NCBI GenBank assembly: GCA_963771175.1
Contig: CAVYSY010000022.1
Coordinates: forward strand, 98,580 to 162,579
DNA length: 64,000 bases
Reading direction: 5' to 3'
From: an uncultured delta proteobacterium
GTDB taxonomy: Bacteria; Myxococcota; Myxococcia; Myxococcales; Myxococcaceae
The notes below the pieces were generated by a model that had not been told where the DNA came from, did not search any database, and saw only the letters and a program-made list of their open reading frames with translations. The position numbers were made by a program, and so were the translations under genes. This document shows positions 10,113 to 18,108 of this stretch, in pieces; positions within the stretch are counted from its first letter, which is position 1, and every line of letters starts with the position of its first letter.

Positions 10113-11305
10113 ATGTCGTGAAGTTGGAGTTGGCCCCGGGGTTGGGCCGTCACCTGCGCGCGGGGCACCCGTGGGTCTTCCGCAAGGCGCTGGAGAAGGT
10201 GCCGAAGATTCCCCCTGGCAGCGTGGTGGACCTGGCCGAGAACGGGAAGTTCGTGGCGCGCGGGTATTTCGATCCGCACTCGGCCATCGCGGTGCGCGTG
10301 TTGACGCGCAACCCGCGGCAGAACATCGATGCGGCCTTTTTCGCGCAGCGGGTGCGGCAGGCGCTGGCCGAGCGGCGCTCGCTCATCGACCTGACGGACA
10401 CGGACAGCTTCCGGCTGATCCATGGCGAGGGCGACGGGTTGCCGGGCGTGGTGGTGGACCTCTATGGCCGGTACGCGGTGATGAAGCTGTACTCGGCGGG
10501 GCTCACGCCGTACCGCGGGCTCATCGTCGAGGCGCTGAAGGCGGCGGTGCCGGAGCTGCAGGGCATCCTCGGCCGGGACGAGGTGGGCCGGGACGACGCC
10601 GAGGATGACGAGGGCCGGGGCTCGGGGAAGATGCTGTGGGGTCAGCAGGCACCGGAGGTGCTGGAGATCCTCGAGCGCGGCGCGAAGTTCGGGGTGGACG
10701 CGTGGCGCGGGCAGAAGACGGGCTTCTTCCTGGACCAGCGGGAGAACCGGTACCTCATCCGGCGGCTGGCGCGGGGGCGGGACGTGCTGAACTGCTTCTG
10801 CTTCAGCGGCGGGTTCTCGGTGAACGCGGCGCTGGGTGGGGCCAAGAGCGTGTTCTCGGTGGACCTGGATCCGGATGCGATCGCCCTGGCGCGCGAGAAC
10901 TTCACGCGCAACGGGCTGCCGGCGGAGAAGTACGACTTCCTGGCGGCGGACGTGTTCAAGCTGCTGGCGTCCTTCCGCGAGGAGGGGAGGACGTTCGATC
11001 TGATCATCCTGGACCCGCCGGCGTTCGCGAAGAGCCAGCGGGCGGTGCAGGCGGCGATTGACGGGTACGCCTCGCTGAACCGTCAGGCGCTGGGGCTGCT
11101 GCGGCCCGGGGGCCTGCTGGCGACGGCGTCGTGCTCGGCGCGCGTGGGCCCCAATGACTTCCTGGGCGCGGTGAAGGAGGCGGCCTTCAAGGCGGGCGTG
11201 GACCTCGCGCTGGTGGAGGAGCGCTACCAGCCGCCGGATCATCCGATCCGGCTCCAGTTCCCCGAGGGCAAGTACCTGAAGTTCTACGTGCTGGCGTCGG
11301 TGTAG
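10109..11305 (+). CDS. Class I SAM-dependent rRNA methyltransferase, RlmI-like
   Basis: GHPWVF PUA start, GQKTGFFLDQRENR, IILDPPAF, FPEGKYLK. Confidence 0.85.
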   Translation: MNVVKLELAPGLGRHLRAGHPWVFRKALEKVPKIPPGSVVDLAENGKFVARGYFDPHSAIAVRVLTRNPRQNIDAAFFAQRVRQALAERRSLIDLTDTDSFRLIHGEGDGLPGVVVDLYGRYAVMKLYSAGLTPYRGLIVEALKAAVPELQGILGRDEVGRDDAEDDEGRGSGKMLWGQQAPEVLEILERGAKFGVDAWRGQKTGFFLDQRENRYLIRRLARGRDVLNCFCFSGGFSVNAALGGAKSVFSVDLDPDAIALARENFTRNGLPAEKYDFLAADVFKLLASFREEGRTFDLIILDPPAFAKSQRAVQAAIDGYASLNRQALGLLRPGGLLATASCSARVGPNDFLGAVKEAAFKAGVDLALVEERYQPPDHPIRLQFPEGKYLKFYVLASV

Positions 11306-11313
11306 CGCGCCGC

Positions 11314-12114
11314 TCACAGCTCGACGCGGTACACCTCGCGAGACGGGTCGACGACGGAGGGCACGTGTCGGATGCGGAGGCGCTCATCGGCGGAGAGACC
11401 GATGGTGTCCCCGTCCTTCAGCACGGGCCCGTGGTCCAGCAGGTAGTGGGTGAAGTTGAAGGCCCGGTCCACCAGCGTCGCCGCCTTCTCGCGGGACGCC
11501 ACCACCTCCATCTCCATGAAGCCGAACGCCTTCATGCCCGAGGTGGCGAGGGTGAAGGTGCCGTCGGGGTTGCGCGTGAGGTGGAAGGCCAGCCACAGGT
11601 AGAGGGGCAGCCGCTCGCGAGAGGTCCGCTTCGCCTCCTCGACGAAGTCGTCCGGCGCGTTCACCACCGGGCCCTCGCCCCAGTACACGCCAGCGGCCTC
11701 GGTCGTGGCGGCCACCGCGGCGACCACCCGGGTGAGCAGGAGCCTCGTCGCGATGCGATCCTGCTCCGGTGCCAGCACGGCGACGAGCACATGCGCCTGG
11801 TGTGCTCTGAGCCGCTCGACCGCCTCGGGCCAGTGCCAGGCGGCGCGGGCCGGGCGCTCCAGGTCTCCCCACGGAATGGGCCCGCGCACCAGCGTGAGGG
11901 TGACGACGGCGCCGTCCAGCTCGAAGCTCAGCGTGTCCCCCTCCTGCTGGACCTCTTTCGCGCGGGGCAGTTCCTTCCAGTTGTCCTGGAGGAAGGCCAG
12001 CAGGACGCCCTCGGGCAGGGCTCTCGCCCGGTCGAGCGCGACCATCGCCAGACCCAGGTCGCGCCGCGGCTTCGGCGCGTCCACTTCCACTCGCTTCTTT
12101 CGGAAGAAACCCAT
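11314..12114 (-). CDS. DUF4261-like protein
   Basis: AHQAHVLVAV, TSGMKAFGFMEMEV, YLLDHGPVLKDGDTIG. Confidence 0.7.
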   Translation of the reverse strand: MGFFRKKRVEVDAPKPRRDLGLAMVALDRARALPEGVLLAFLQDNWKELPRAKEVQQEGDTLSFELDGAVVTLTLVRGPIPWGDLERPARAAWHWPEAVERLRAHQAHVLVAVLAPEQDRIATRLLLTRVVAAVAATTEAAGVYWGEGPVVNAPDDFVEEAKRTSRERLPLYLWLAFHLTRNPDGTFTLATSGMKAFGFMEMEVVASREKAATLVDRAFNFTHYLLDHGPVLKDGDTIGLSADERLRIRHVPSVVDPSREVYRVEL

Positions 12115-12143
12115 CTGTTCTGGCGGGGCTCTCGCGTCTGGCG

Positions 12144-12563
12144 TCAGCGCTGGAACACGCGCGAGGCCACGCGGTCCATCACCTCGTCACTCCACACGAG
12201 GCTGGCCTGGGTGAGGCGCGTCATGTCTTCCCGGAAGGCCGCGTCCGCCGGCGGCGTGGAGTAGAGGCGGCTCAGGAAGAGGCTCTTGTTCTCGGGCTCG
12301 TAGTCCACCGCGCCACCGCCGGCGTCCGTGCCGGCCTTCTCCTCGGCGCGGAAGCCCTCGATCACGCCGGGCTTGGGCGCATCCCGGAACTTGTAGATGA
12401 GGGCGCTCGCCTCCAGCGCCTGCGTGTCGGAGCGGTACTCGAAATAGAGCTGGGCCTGGCCGAGCACCGCGCCTCCGAACCCCTGCGGGTTGAGGCCCTC
12501 GCTCGGCTGTCCGACGGACTGCATGAACACCTGCACCAGTCGCTGCGCTTCGTCGCGGGTCAT
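12144..12563 (-). CDS. CesT/YbjN-like chaperone-fold protein
   Basis: 139 aa, beta-rich core, GGAVDYEPENKSLFLSR and amphipathic C-terminal helix containing W. Confidence 0.55.
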   Translation of the reverse strand: MTRDEAQRLVQVFMQSVGQPSEGLNPQGFGGAVLGQAQLYFEYRSDTQALEASALIYKFRDAPKPGVIEGFRAEEKAGTDAGGGAVDYEPENKSLFLSRLYSTPPADAAFREDMTRLTQASLVWSDEVMDRVASRVFQR

Positions 12564-12800
12564 GGGTCCTCCGCCTCCAGGAGGCGTTGAATTCTTCCGG
12601 ATGGACGTTAGCAGCAGCCCGCCCGGCGTCGCGAGGAATGAGGCCCCTCGTGTGCGGAGGGCCGGTGCGAGTGGCCCGCCGGCTCATGGGGAGACCGGGA
12701 GGGGGCGCGCTCCGGGATGACCGCGTGGGTGGGGCCGGGCGGCCTCATGTCAGGGGTGGGTAGTAGGAAGGGAGGCGGGAAGGCGGGGAGGGGAAGGGCG

Positions 12801-13178
12801 ATGGAGCGGAAGGCGTGGGAGAACCTGGCGGCGGCACGTGTGCTTCTGGACGATGAGGACCCATGTCCCAACGCGGCGGCCTCGCGGGCCTACTATGCGG
12901 CCTACCATGCGTGCTGGTACGCACTGAACGCATTGGGTATCCCTACTCCAGAAGTCAGGCCCGGTGTATATTACTTCTTGCATGACCCCTTGCCCTATGA
13001 GGCACGCAGGAGCGGGGTGCTCGGAGACGGGGCGAGTCAGGAGCTGTTTGACCTGCTCGAACTGCGGGTCGCCGCAGACTATCTGGAGGAAGACGTGACG
13101 GTCGAAGAAGCGAGGGAGGCGCTGGAGGCTGCTGCGGCCATCGTCCGGCATGTGCTCGGGGAGGAGCCGATATGGTGA
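12801..13178 (+). CDS. HEPN domain protein (UPF0332-like)
   Basis: KAWENLAAARVLL, AASRAYYAAYHA, LRVAADY, EEAREALEAAAAIV; alternative start at 12747. Confidence 0.85.
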   Translation: MERKAWENLAAARVLLDDEDPCPNAAASRAYYAAYHACWYALNALGIPTPEVRPGVYYFLHDPLPYEARRSGVLGDGASQELFDLLELRVAADYLEEDVTVEEAREALEAAAAIVRHVLGEEPIW

Positions 13179-13480
13179 ACGAGCGTGAAGAGATCCGCCG
13201 GCAGGTGAGGGAAATCGTCGGGAACCATCGTGTCGTGAGGTGGACGGAGCCCCGGATCACGAAGGGCGACTTCCCAGGCCGGGACTGGGCCCTGCATATC
13301 TTCGACGTACCCTCCGCCGAGAGGCGAGAGCTCATCCACCGTCTCTGGGGGATGCTGACGAAGCTCTGGGAGGAGAAGCATGTGGCACTCTCCATCCTCT
13401 TCCACACCCCCGAGAACACGGATCGCTATTACTCCTGGGTCCGCGAGGAGCACGCGGCGGAACTGGCTGGAGCGACCTGA
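13172..13480 (+). CDS. Small protein, probable degenerate MNT-fold partner of the HEPN protein
   Basis: Overlaps HEPN stop, GAGGAG RBS, 102 aa; KGDFPGRDWALHIF and VALSILFHTPE resemble the MNT layout without GS or DxD. Confidence 0.6.
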   Translation: MVNEREEIRRQVREIVGNHRVVRWTEPRITKGDFPGRDWALHIFDVPSAERRELIHRLWGMLTKLWEEKHVALSILFHTPENTDRYYSWVREEHAAELAGAT

Positions 13481-13481
13481 C

Positions 13482-13997
13482 ATGCGCTACCTGGGAATCG
13501 TCGCGGTGCTCACCGTGCTCGCCGGCTGTGGTGGCGAGGAGATCCGTCACTACCGCGTGGTGGTGGACCCCGCGCCCCTGTCGGCGCTCCCGGGCTCCTG
13601 CTACCGCGGCGGCACGCCCCCATCCCAACGGGTGGAGGATCGCAACCTCTTCCGGGACTTTCAGTGGACCGTCTGGGAGGCCGGGAGCGGCGGTCGGGCC
13701 TACCTGGAGCTGGACTCGCCCGAGGGGGGCTGGCGGCTCGGTGATGCCCCGCCCGTGACGCTCTCGGGAGCCATCGTGGGGGACGGGGAGTCCTTCTCTG
13801 CCGAGCGGGTGGTGGCGACGACCGACGGCCAGGTGCTGGAGTCCACGGCCATCCGCATCCTCTTCGAGGACCGGGACACCATCTCCAAAGGGGTGGTGGA
13901 GCTCGCGTCGCGCTGCGCCTCGTGCGCGGGGGGCAGCGCCCTGGCCTGCGAGACCCGGCTGTCGTTCACAGCCCGGGAAGAAGTGCTCCAGGAGTGA
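13482..13997 (+). CDS. Hypothetical lipoprotein
   Basis: MRYLGIVAVLTVLAGC lipobox; several additional Cys residues. Confidence 0.75.
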   Translation: MRYLGIVAVLTVLAGCGGEEIRHYRVVVDPAPLSALPGSCYRGGTPPSQRVEDRNLFRDFQWTVWEAGSGGRAYLELDSPEGGWRLGDAPPVTLSGAIVGDGESFSAERVVATTDGQVLESTAIRILFEDRDTISKGVVELASRCASCAGGSALACETRLSFTAREEVLQE

Positions 13998-14036
13998 AGC
14001 ATGCGGACACGCTCCGCGTTAATCTCCCCGCCCTCT

Positions 14037-14669
14037 ATGGTCCTCAAAGGTCAGTTCCTCGAGCGCTCCACGCTCATCCCCGTGGACAGCGACGTCATGG
14101 AAGGCGTGGCGCACCGGGGCGACGAGCGTCCCCCGCTGCTCGTCCTCCCGCCCCGGCCCGAGGACGGGGGAGGCATGGACCACGTCATTGGTGCCGAGCT
14201 GGCCTTCGCCGCGGCCTCGGCGGGCCACCCCACGCTGCGCTTCAACTACCGGGGCGTGGGTGGGAGCCAGGGCGAGCGGGGCTCGGGAGCGGCGCTGGTG
14301 CAGGAGGCCGAGGCCGCGCTGGGCGTGGTGCTGGAGAATGCCCATCATCCCGCGGCGGCGGTGGCCGCGCTCCACGGAAGTGCCCGGGTCGCCCTCGAGC
14401 TCCGGGCGCGCCATCCCGAGGTGGCCGCCGTGTGTCTGGTGAGCCCTCGTGGGGTGACGGCCGGGGAGCTGGCGGGGCTCGGGCGAGGGCTGCTGGTGGT
14501 GGTGGGCGAGCTGGACTCCACCCTGTCCCGGGCGGAGCTGGCCGAGGCGGTCGACCAGGCGGGCGGCACCTTGTACGTGGTGGAAGGCGCCGGATCCCAT
14601 TTCCACCATGCGCTTCCCCTGGTGGGAAAAGCCGTGCGCACCTGGCTGAAGATGCTATCCGGCAAGTGA
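14037..14669 (+). CDS. Alpha/beta hydrolase-fold protein
   Basis: PEDGGGMDH, LRFNYRGVGGSQG, VVGELD motifs. Confidence 0.8.
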   Translation: MVLKGQFLERSTLIPVDSDVMEGVAHRGDERPPLLVLPPRPEDGGGMDHVIGAELAFAAASAGHPTLRFNYRGVGGSQGERGSGAALVQEAEAALGVVLENAHHPAAAVAALHGSARVALELRARHPEVAAVCLVSPRGVTAGELAGLGRGLLVVVGELDSTLSRAELAEAVDQAGGTLYVVEGAGSHFHHALPLVGKAVRTWLKMLSGK

Positions 14670-14717
14670 CCGATGTCGCGTAACCTATTGAATTAACGAA
14701 GATTCCTCGTCCTGGGG

Positions 14718-14746
14718 GGAACTTGTCCACCGGGAGGGGTGTCGAC
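14718..14746 (+). promoter_or_regulatory. Candidate ECF (sigmaE-like) promoter upstream of the S8 protease
   Basis: GGAACTT-N16-GTCGAC. Confidence 0.35.
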
Positions 14747-14809
14747 CAGACTCGATTCAGACCCAATCGTTCCGCCGTTCGTTCGTATGGGTCGTCATAA
14801 GGAGCACCC

Positions 14810-16675
14810 ATGCCCATGAAGCGATTGAACCTGGCCCTGGCGGTGCTGGCCCTGGCGGTGACGGCGGGGGCCTGTGCGTCCCGCTCGGACTCGGAAGGGT
14901 CCGAGGCGGAGGAGACGCCGGCCGTGGACACCTCGCGGCGAGAGCTGGCCGAGGAGCAGCCCGGCGGCATCGTCGTGGACTTCAAGGACGGCACCACCAA
15001 GGCCGAGTTCGATGCCTGGGAGTCCGCCTGGGGGGTGGACCTCGAGTTCAACTCCGTGGAGGGCGAGCAGTCGGGCGTGACGATCGCCCGGGGCGTGGGG
15101 GACGTGGACGCGGCGCTCGCGCGCATCCGCCAGAACCCGGCCGTCGAGTCCGCCGAGCCGCTGATGATGTACTCGGTGCCGCCCGCGGAGGAGGCCGCGT
15201 CCGACCTGGAGGCCCCCAGCGAGGCGCCGAGCAAGGACGGCTACACGCCGAATGATCCGGACTACCCCAAGCAGTGGAACTTCCGGATGATCCACATGCC
15301 CAAGGCCTGGGAGGAGAGCCGGGGCAAGGGCGTGGTGGTGGCGGTGCTGGACACGGGCATCGCCTACGAGGACCACGACGACTTCAAGCAGGTGCCGGAC
15401 CTCAAGGGGGCGAAGTTCAAGAAGGGCTACGACTTCGTCAACGACGACGAGCACGCCAATGACGACCACGGGCACGGCACGCACGTGGCGGGCACCATCG
15501 CCCAGGCGACCAACAACGGTCTGGGCGTGGCGGGCGTGGCCTTCGAGGCGACGCTGATGCCGGTAAAGGTGCTGAACCACTTCGGTTCGGGCACGTCGGC
15601 GGACATCGCCGATGCCATCCGCTTCGCGGCGGACGAGGGGGCCAACGTCATCAACATGTCCCTGGGTGGTGGGGGCTACTCGAAGGTGATGGCGGATGCC
15701 GTGGAGTACGCCCGGAAGAAGGGCGTCACGGTGGTGGCGGCGGCGGGCAACGCCGGGCGCCCGCGGGTGGAGTTCCCGGCGGCGTACCCGGGCGCGGTGG
15801 CGGTGTCCGCGGTGGGTCCGAATGGCACGCGCGCCCCGTACTCGTCCTATGGCAAGGAGCTGGATATCGCGGCCCCGGGTGGGGACAAGCGCCAGGGCGA
15901 CGCGGGCGGCATCCTGCAGAACACCATCGACCCGCGCGATCCCTCGCGCTCCGTCTACGCCGCCTACCAGGGCACGAGCATGGCCACCCCGCATGTGGCG
16001 GCGGTGGCGGCGCTGCTGTACGCCGAGGGCGCGACGGGGCCGGACGAGGTGGAGAAGGCTCTCTACGCGGGCGCGAAGCGGAGCGGACAGGCCTGGACGG
16101 AGGAGTACGGGCACGGGCTGCTGGATGCCGAGGCCTCGCTGAAGGCGCTCGGGGGCGGGGCCTCGCGCTGGTCGCCGCTGTGGTGGGCCCTGGCCCTGCT
16201 GGCGATCGTGCTGCTGACGATGCGCGGGCGCGAGCGTCCGGGCTACCTCAACGTCCTCTTCCGCCCGAGCTTCTTCGTGCCGCTGCTGCTGGCCACGGTG
16301 GGCGTGTTCTTCGCGCGCTCGTGGTTCGGTGGGGCCTCGGGCGTGGCGGGGGACGTGGTGGACGCCGCCTGGCTGCCCATCCCCGACTGGCAGCGCATCA
16401 TCTTCGGCCGGGGCAAGACGGCCAACCCGCTCTTCTACAGCGCGCTCATCCCCCTGCTGCTGTCCTTCCTGGCCATCAAGTTCCAGGGGCTGCGCGGGGC
16501 CATCGGCGGGCTCGCGTTGGGCTTCGCCGGCTTCCTCGCCTACGCCGCCTGGGCCAAGGCGCCCGCACTGGCCTGGATGCCCTTCTCGTTCCTCGCCATG
16601 CCCTGGCTGGTGGTCAATACCTTCATCTGCCTCATCATCGCGCGGGCCATGCTGCGCAAGGAGTCGGCGGTATGA
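14810..16675 (+). CDS. S8 subtilisin-like serine peptidase, lipoprotein with C-terminal transmembrane domain
   Basis: AGAC lipobox; triad VLDTG, HGTHVAG, GTSMATPHV; about five hydrophobic helices at C-terminus; TAAGGAG RBS. Confidence 0.9.
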   Translation: MPMKRLNLALAVLALAVTAGACASRSDSEGSEAEETPAVDTSRRELAEEQPGGIVVDFKDGTTKAEFDAWESAWGVDLEFNSVEGEQSGVTIARGVGDVDAALARIRQNPAVESAEPLMMYSVPPAEEAASDLEAPSEAPSKDGYTPNDPDYPKQWNFRMIHMPKAWEESRGKGVVVAVLDTGIAYEDHDDFKQVPDLKGAKFKKGYDFVNDDEHANDDHGHGTHVAGTIAQATNNGLGVAGVAFEATLMPVKVLNHFGSGTSADIADAIRFAADEGANVINMSLGGGGYSKVMADAVEYARKKGVTVVAAAGNAGRPRVEFPAAYPGAVAVSAVGPNGTRAPYSSYGKELDIAAPGGDKRQGDAGGILQNTIDPRDPSRSVYAAYQGTSMATPHVAAVAALLYAEGATGPDEVEKALYAGAKRSGQAWTEEYGHGLLDAEASLKALGGGASRWSPLWWALALLAIVLLTMRGRERPGYLNVLFRPSFFVPLLLATVGVFFARSWFGGASGVAGDVVDAAWLPIPDWQRIIFGRGKTANPLFYSALIPLLLSFLAIKFQGLRGAIGGLALGFAGFLAYAAWAKAPALAWMPFSFLAMPWLVVNTFICLIIARAMLRKESAV

Positions 16676-16887
16676 AGCTGACCGGCCGCGTGGTGTTCCG
16701 CGACATCGAGGGGGGCGTCTGGGTGCTGGAAGGTGACGACGGGCGCACCTACCAGCTCGCCGGCGGCGACCGGAAGATCAAGAAGGATGGTCAGCGTGTG
16801 GAGGTCCACGGCGACGTGGCCCGCGACGTGATGACCGCCGCCATGGTGGGTCCCGTGTTCAACGTGGACTCCTACACCTTCCTCTGA
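16672..16887 (+). CDS. Small beta-rich protein (DUF5818-like)
   Basis: ATGA overlap with protease stop; MKLTGRVVFRDIEGGVWVLEGDDGRTYQL. Confidence 0.7.
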   Translation: MKLTGRVVFRDIEGGVWVLEGDDGRTYQLAGGDRKIKKDGQRVEVHGDVARDVMTAAMVGPVFNVDSYTFL

Positions 16888-16888
16888 G

Positions 16889-17293
16889 TCAGTGGTGCGG
16901 CCCTCCCGAGGGGGGCCGCACCATCCGTTGCAGCAGGTGCTCGAGGGCCTTCGTCGGGTCCTCGCACAGCCCCGAGTGCACGGGGCCCGTCTGGATCATC
17001 GTGCTGCGGGGCGCCACCAGCCAGTGGAAGCGCTCCTTCTGCGGCAGTTGTCCGATGGGCCCCGCCGCCTTGCCTCCCGTGCAGATGCGCGGGATGGACT
17101 CCAGGTGGCTTCGCAGCAGCTCCACGTCGGCGTCCGGCGCGAGCGCCAGCAGGCGCCGCTCGTCCAGCTCCACCCGTGCCTCGAGGTAGCGGCGGGTGAG
17201 GCAGTAGAGGATGACGCCCGCGTTGATGAACTCCTCGCGATCCACTCGCGGGACGACGCGCACGATGGCGTAATCAAAGCTGTGCCCGGGCAC
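16889..17293 (-). CDS. DUF3037 domain protein
   Basis: FDYAIVRVVPRVDREEFINAGVIL, ERFHWLVAPRST, PVHSGLC. Confidence 0.85.
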   Translation of the reverse strand: MPGHSFDYAIVRVVPRVDREEFINAGVILYCLTRRYLEARVELDERRLLALAPDADVELLRSHLESIPRICTGGKAAGPIGQLPQKERFHWLVAPRSTMIQTGPVHSGLCEDPTKALEHLLQRMVRPPSGGPHH

Positions 17294-18057
17294 GCCGCGC
17301 CTCCTCGATGAACGCCGGTGCCGCTTCCAGGCGCTTCAGCAGGTATTCGACATAGGCCGCCCGGTGCTCCGCCGCCGTGGCGAAGCGGGGTTCCGCTCCG
17401 GCGCCCAGCCAGGCTTCCGGGATGCACCCGACGGCGTGGTGGATGAGGTCCGCCGTCAGCCGCTGGCGCAGGCTCGCCTCCGCCTCGGGCAGCGCCGAGG
17501 CCCAGGGGAGCAGCACATGATCTCGGATGGCCGTGAAGCGGCTCTGGCTGCGCTCCAGGTAGTCGTCCCACGCGTGGTGGAAGTACAGGGACGCGCCGTG
17601 GTCGATGAGCCACAGTTTCTTGTGCCAGCTCAGGAGGTTCGGGTTCTTCGGCGTGCGGTCCACGTTCGTCACGTAGGCGTCGAAGCACACGATGGCCGAG
17701 GCCTCCGCCGCTGTCCGGTGCCGGGCCCACCGTCGGATCGAAGGTGATGGAGCCTGGCAGGTAGTCCATGCCCAGGTTGAGCCCCGCGCTCGCCTTGAGC
17801 AAGTCGCGGATCTCCCCGTCCGGCTCGGCGCGGCCCAGGACGGGGTCCAGCTCCACCAGCACGAGCTCGGGCACGCGCAGGCCCAGAGCGCGCGCCAGCT
17901 CGCCCGAGATGATCTCGGCGATGAGCGCCTTGGTTCCCTGGCCCGCCCCCCGGAACTTCAGGACGTACAGGCCCGAGTCCTCCGCCTCGACGATGGCCGG
18001 CAGCGAGCCGCCCTCGCGCAGCGGTGTCACGTAGCGTGTCGCGGTAATTGTCCTCAC
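17274..18057 (-). CDS. HipA-like kinase, apparent frameshift near 17710
   Basis: PLREGGSLP, YVLKFRGAGQG, then NVDRTPKNPNLL and WLIDHG in the second frame. Confidence 0.85.
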
Positions 18058-18065
18058 GCGTCAAT

Positions 18066-18098
18066 CCTCATCCCAACCCTCTTCCCGGGGGAGAGGGG
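18066..18098. repeat. REP-like palindromic element, copy 1
   Basis: CCTCATCCCAACCCTCTTCCCGGGGGAGAGGGG, intergenic. Confidence 0.6.
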
Positions 18099-18108
18099 GT
18101 TCCTACCC

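Noticed and set aside
12144..12563. Type III secretion locus suggested by the CesT-like gene
   Set aside because: No T3SS structural genes anywhere in the window
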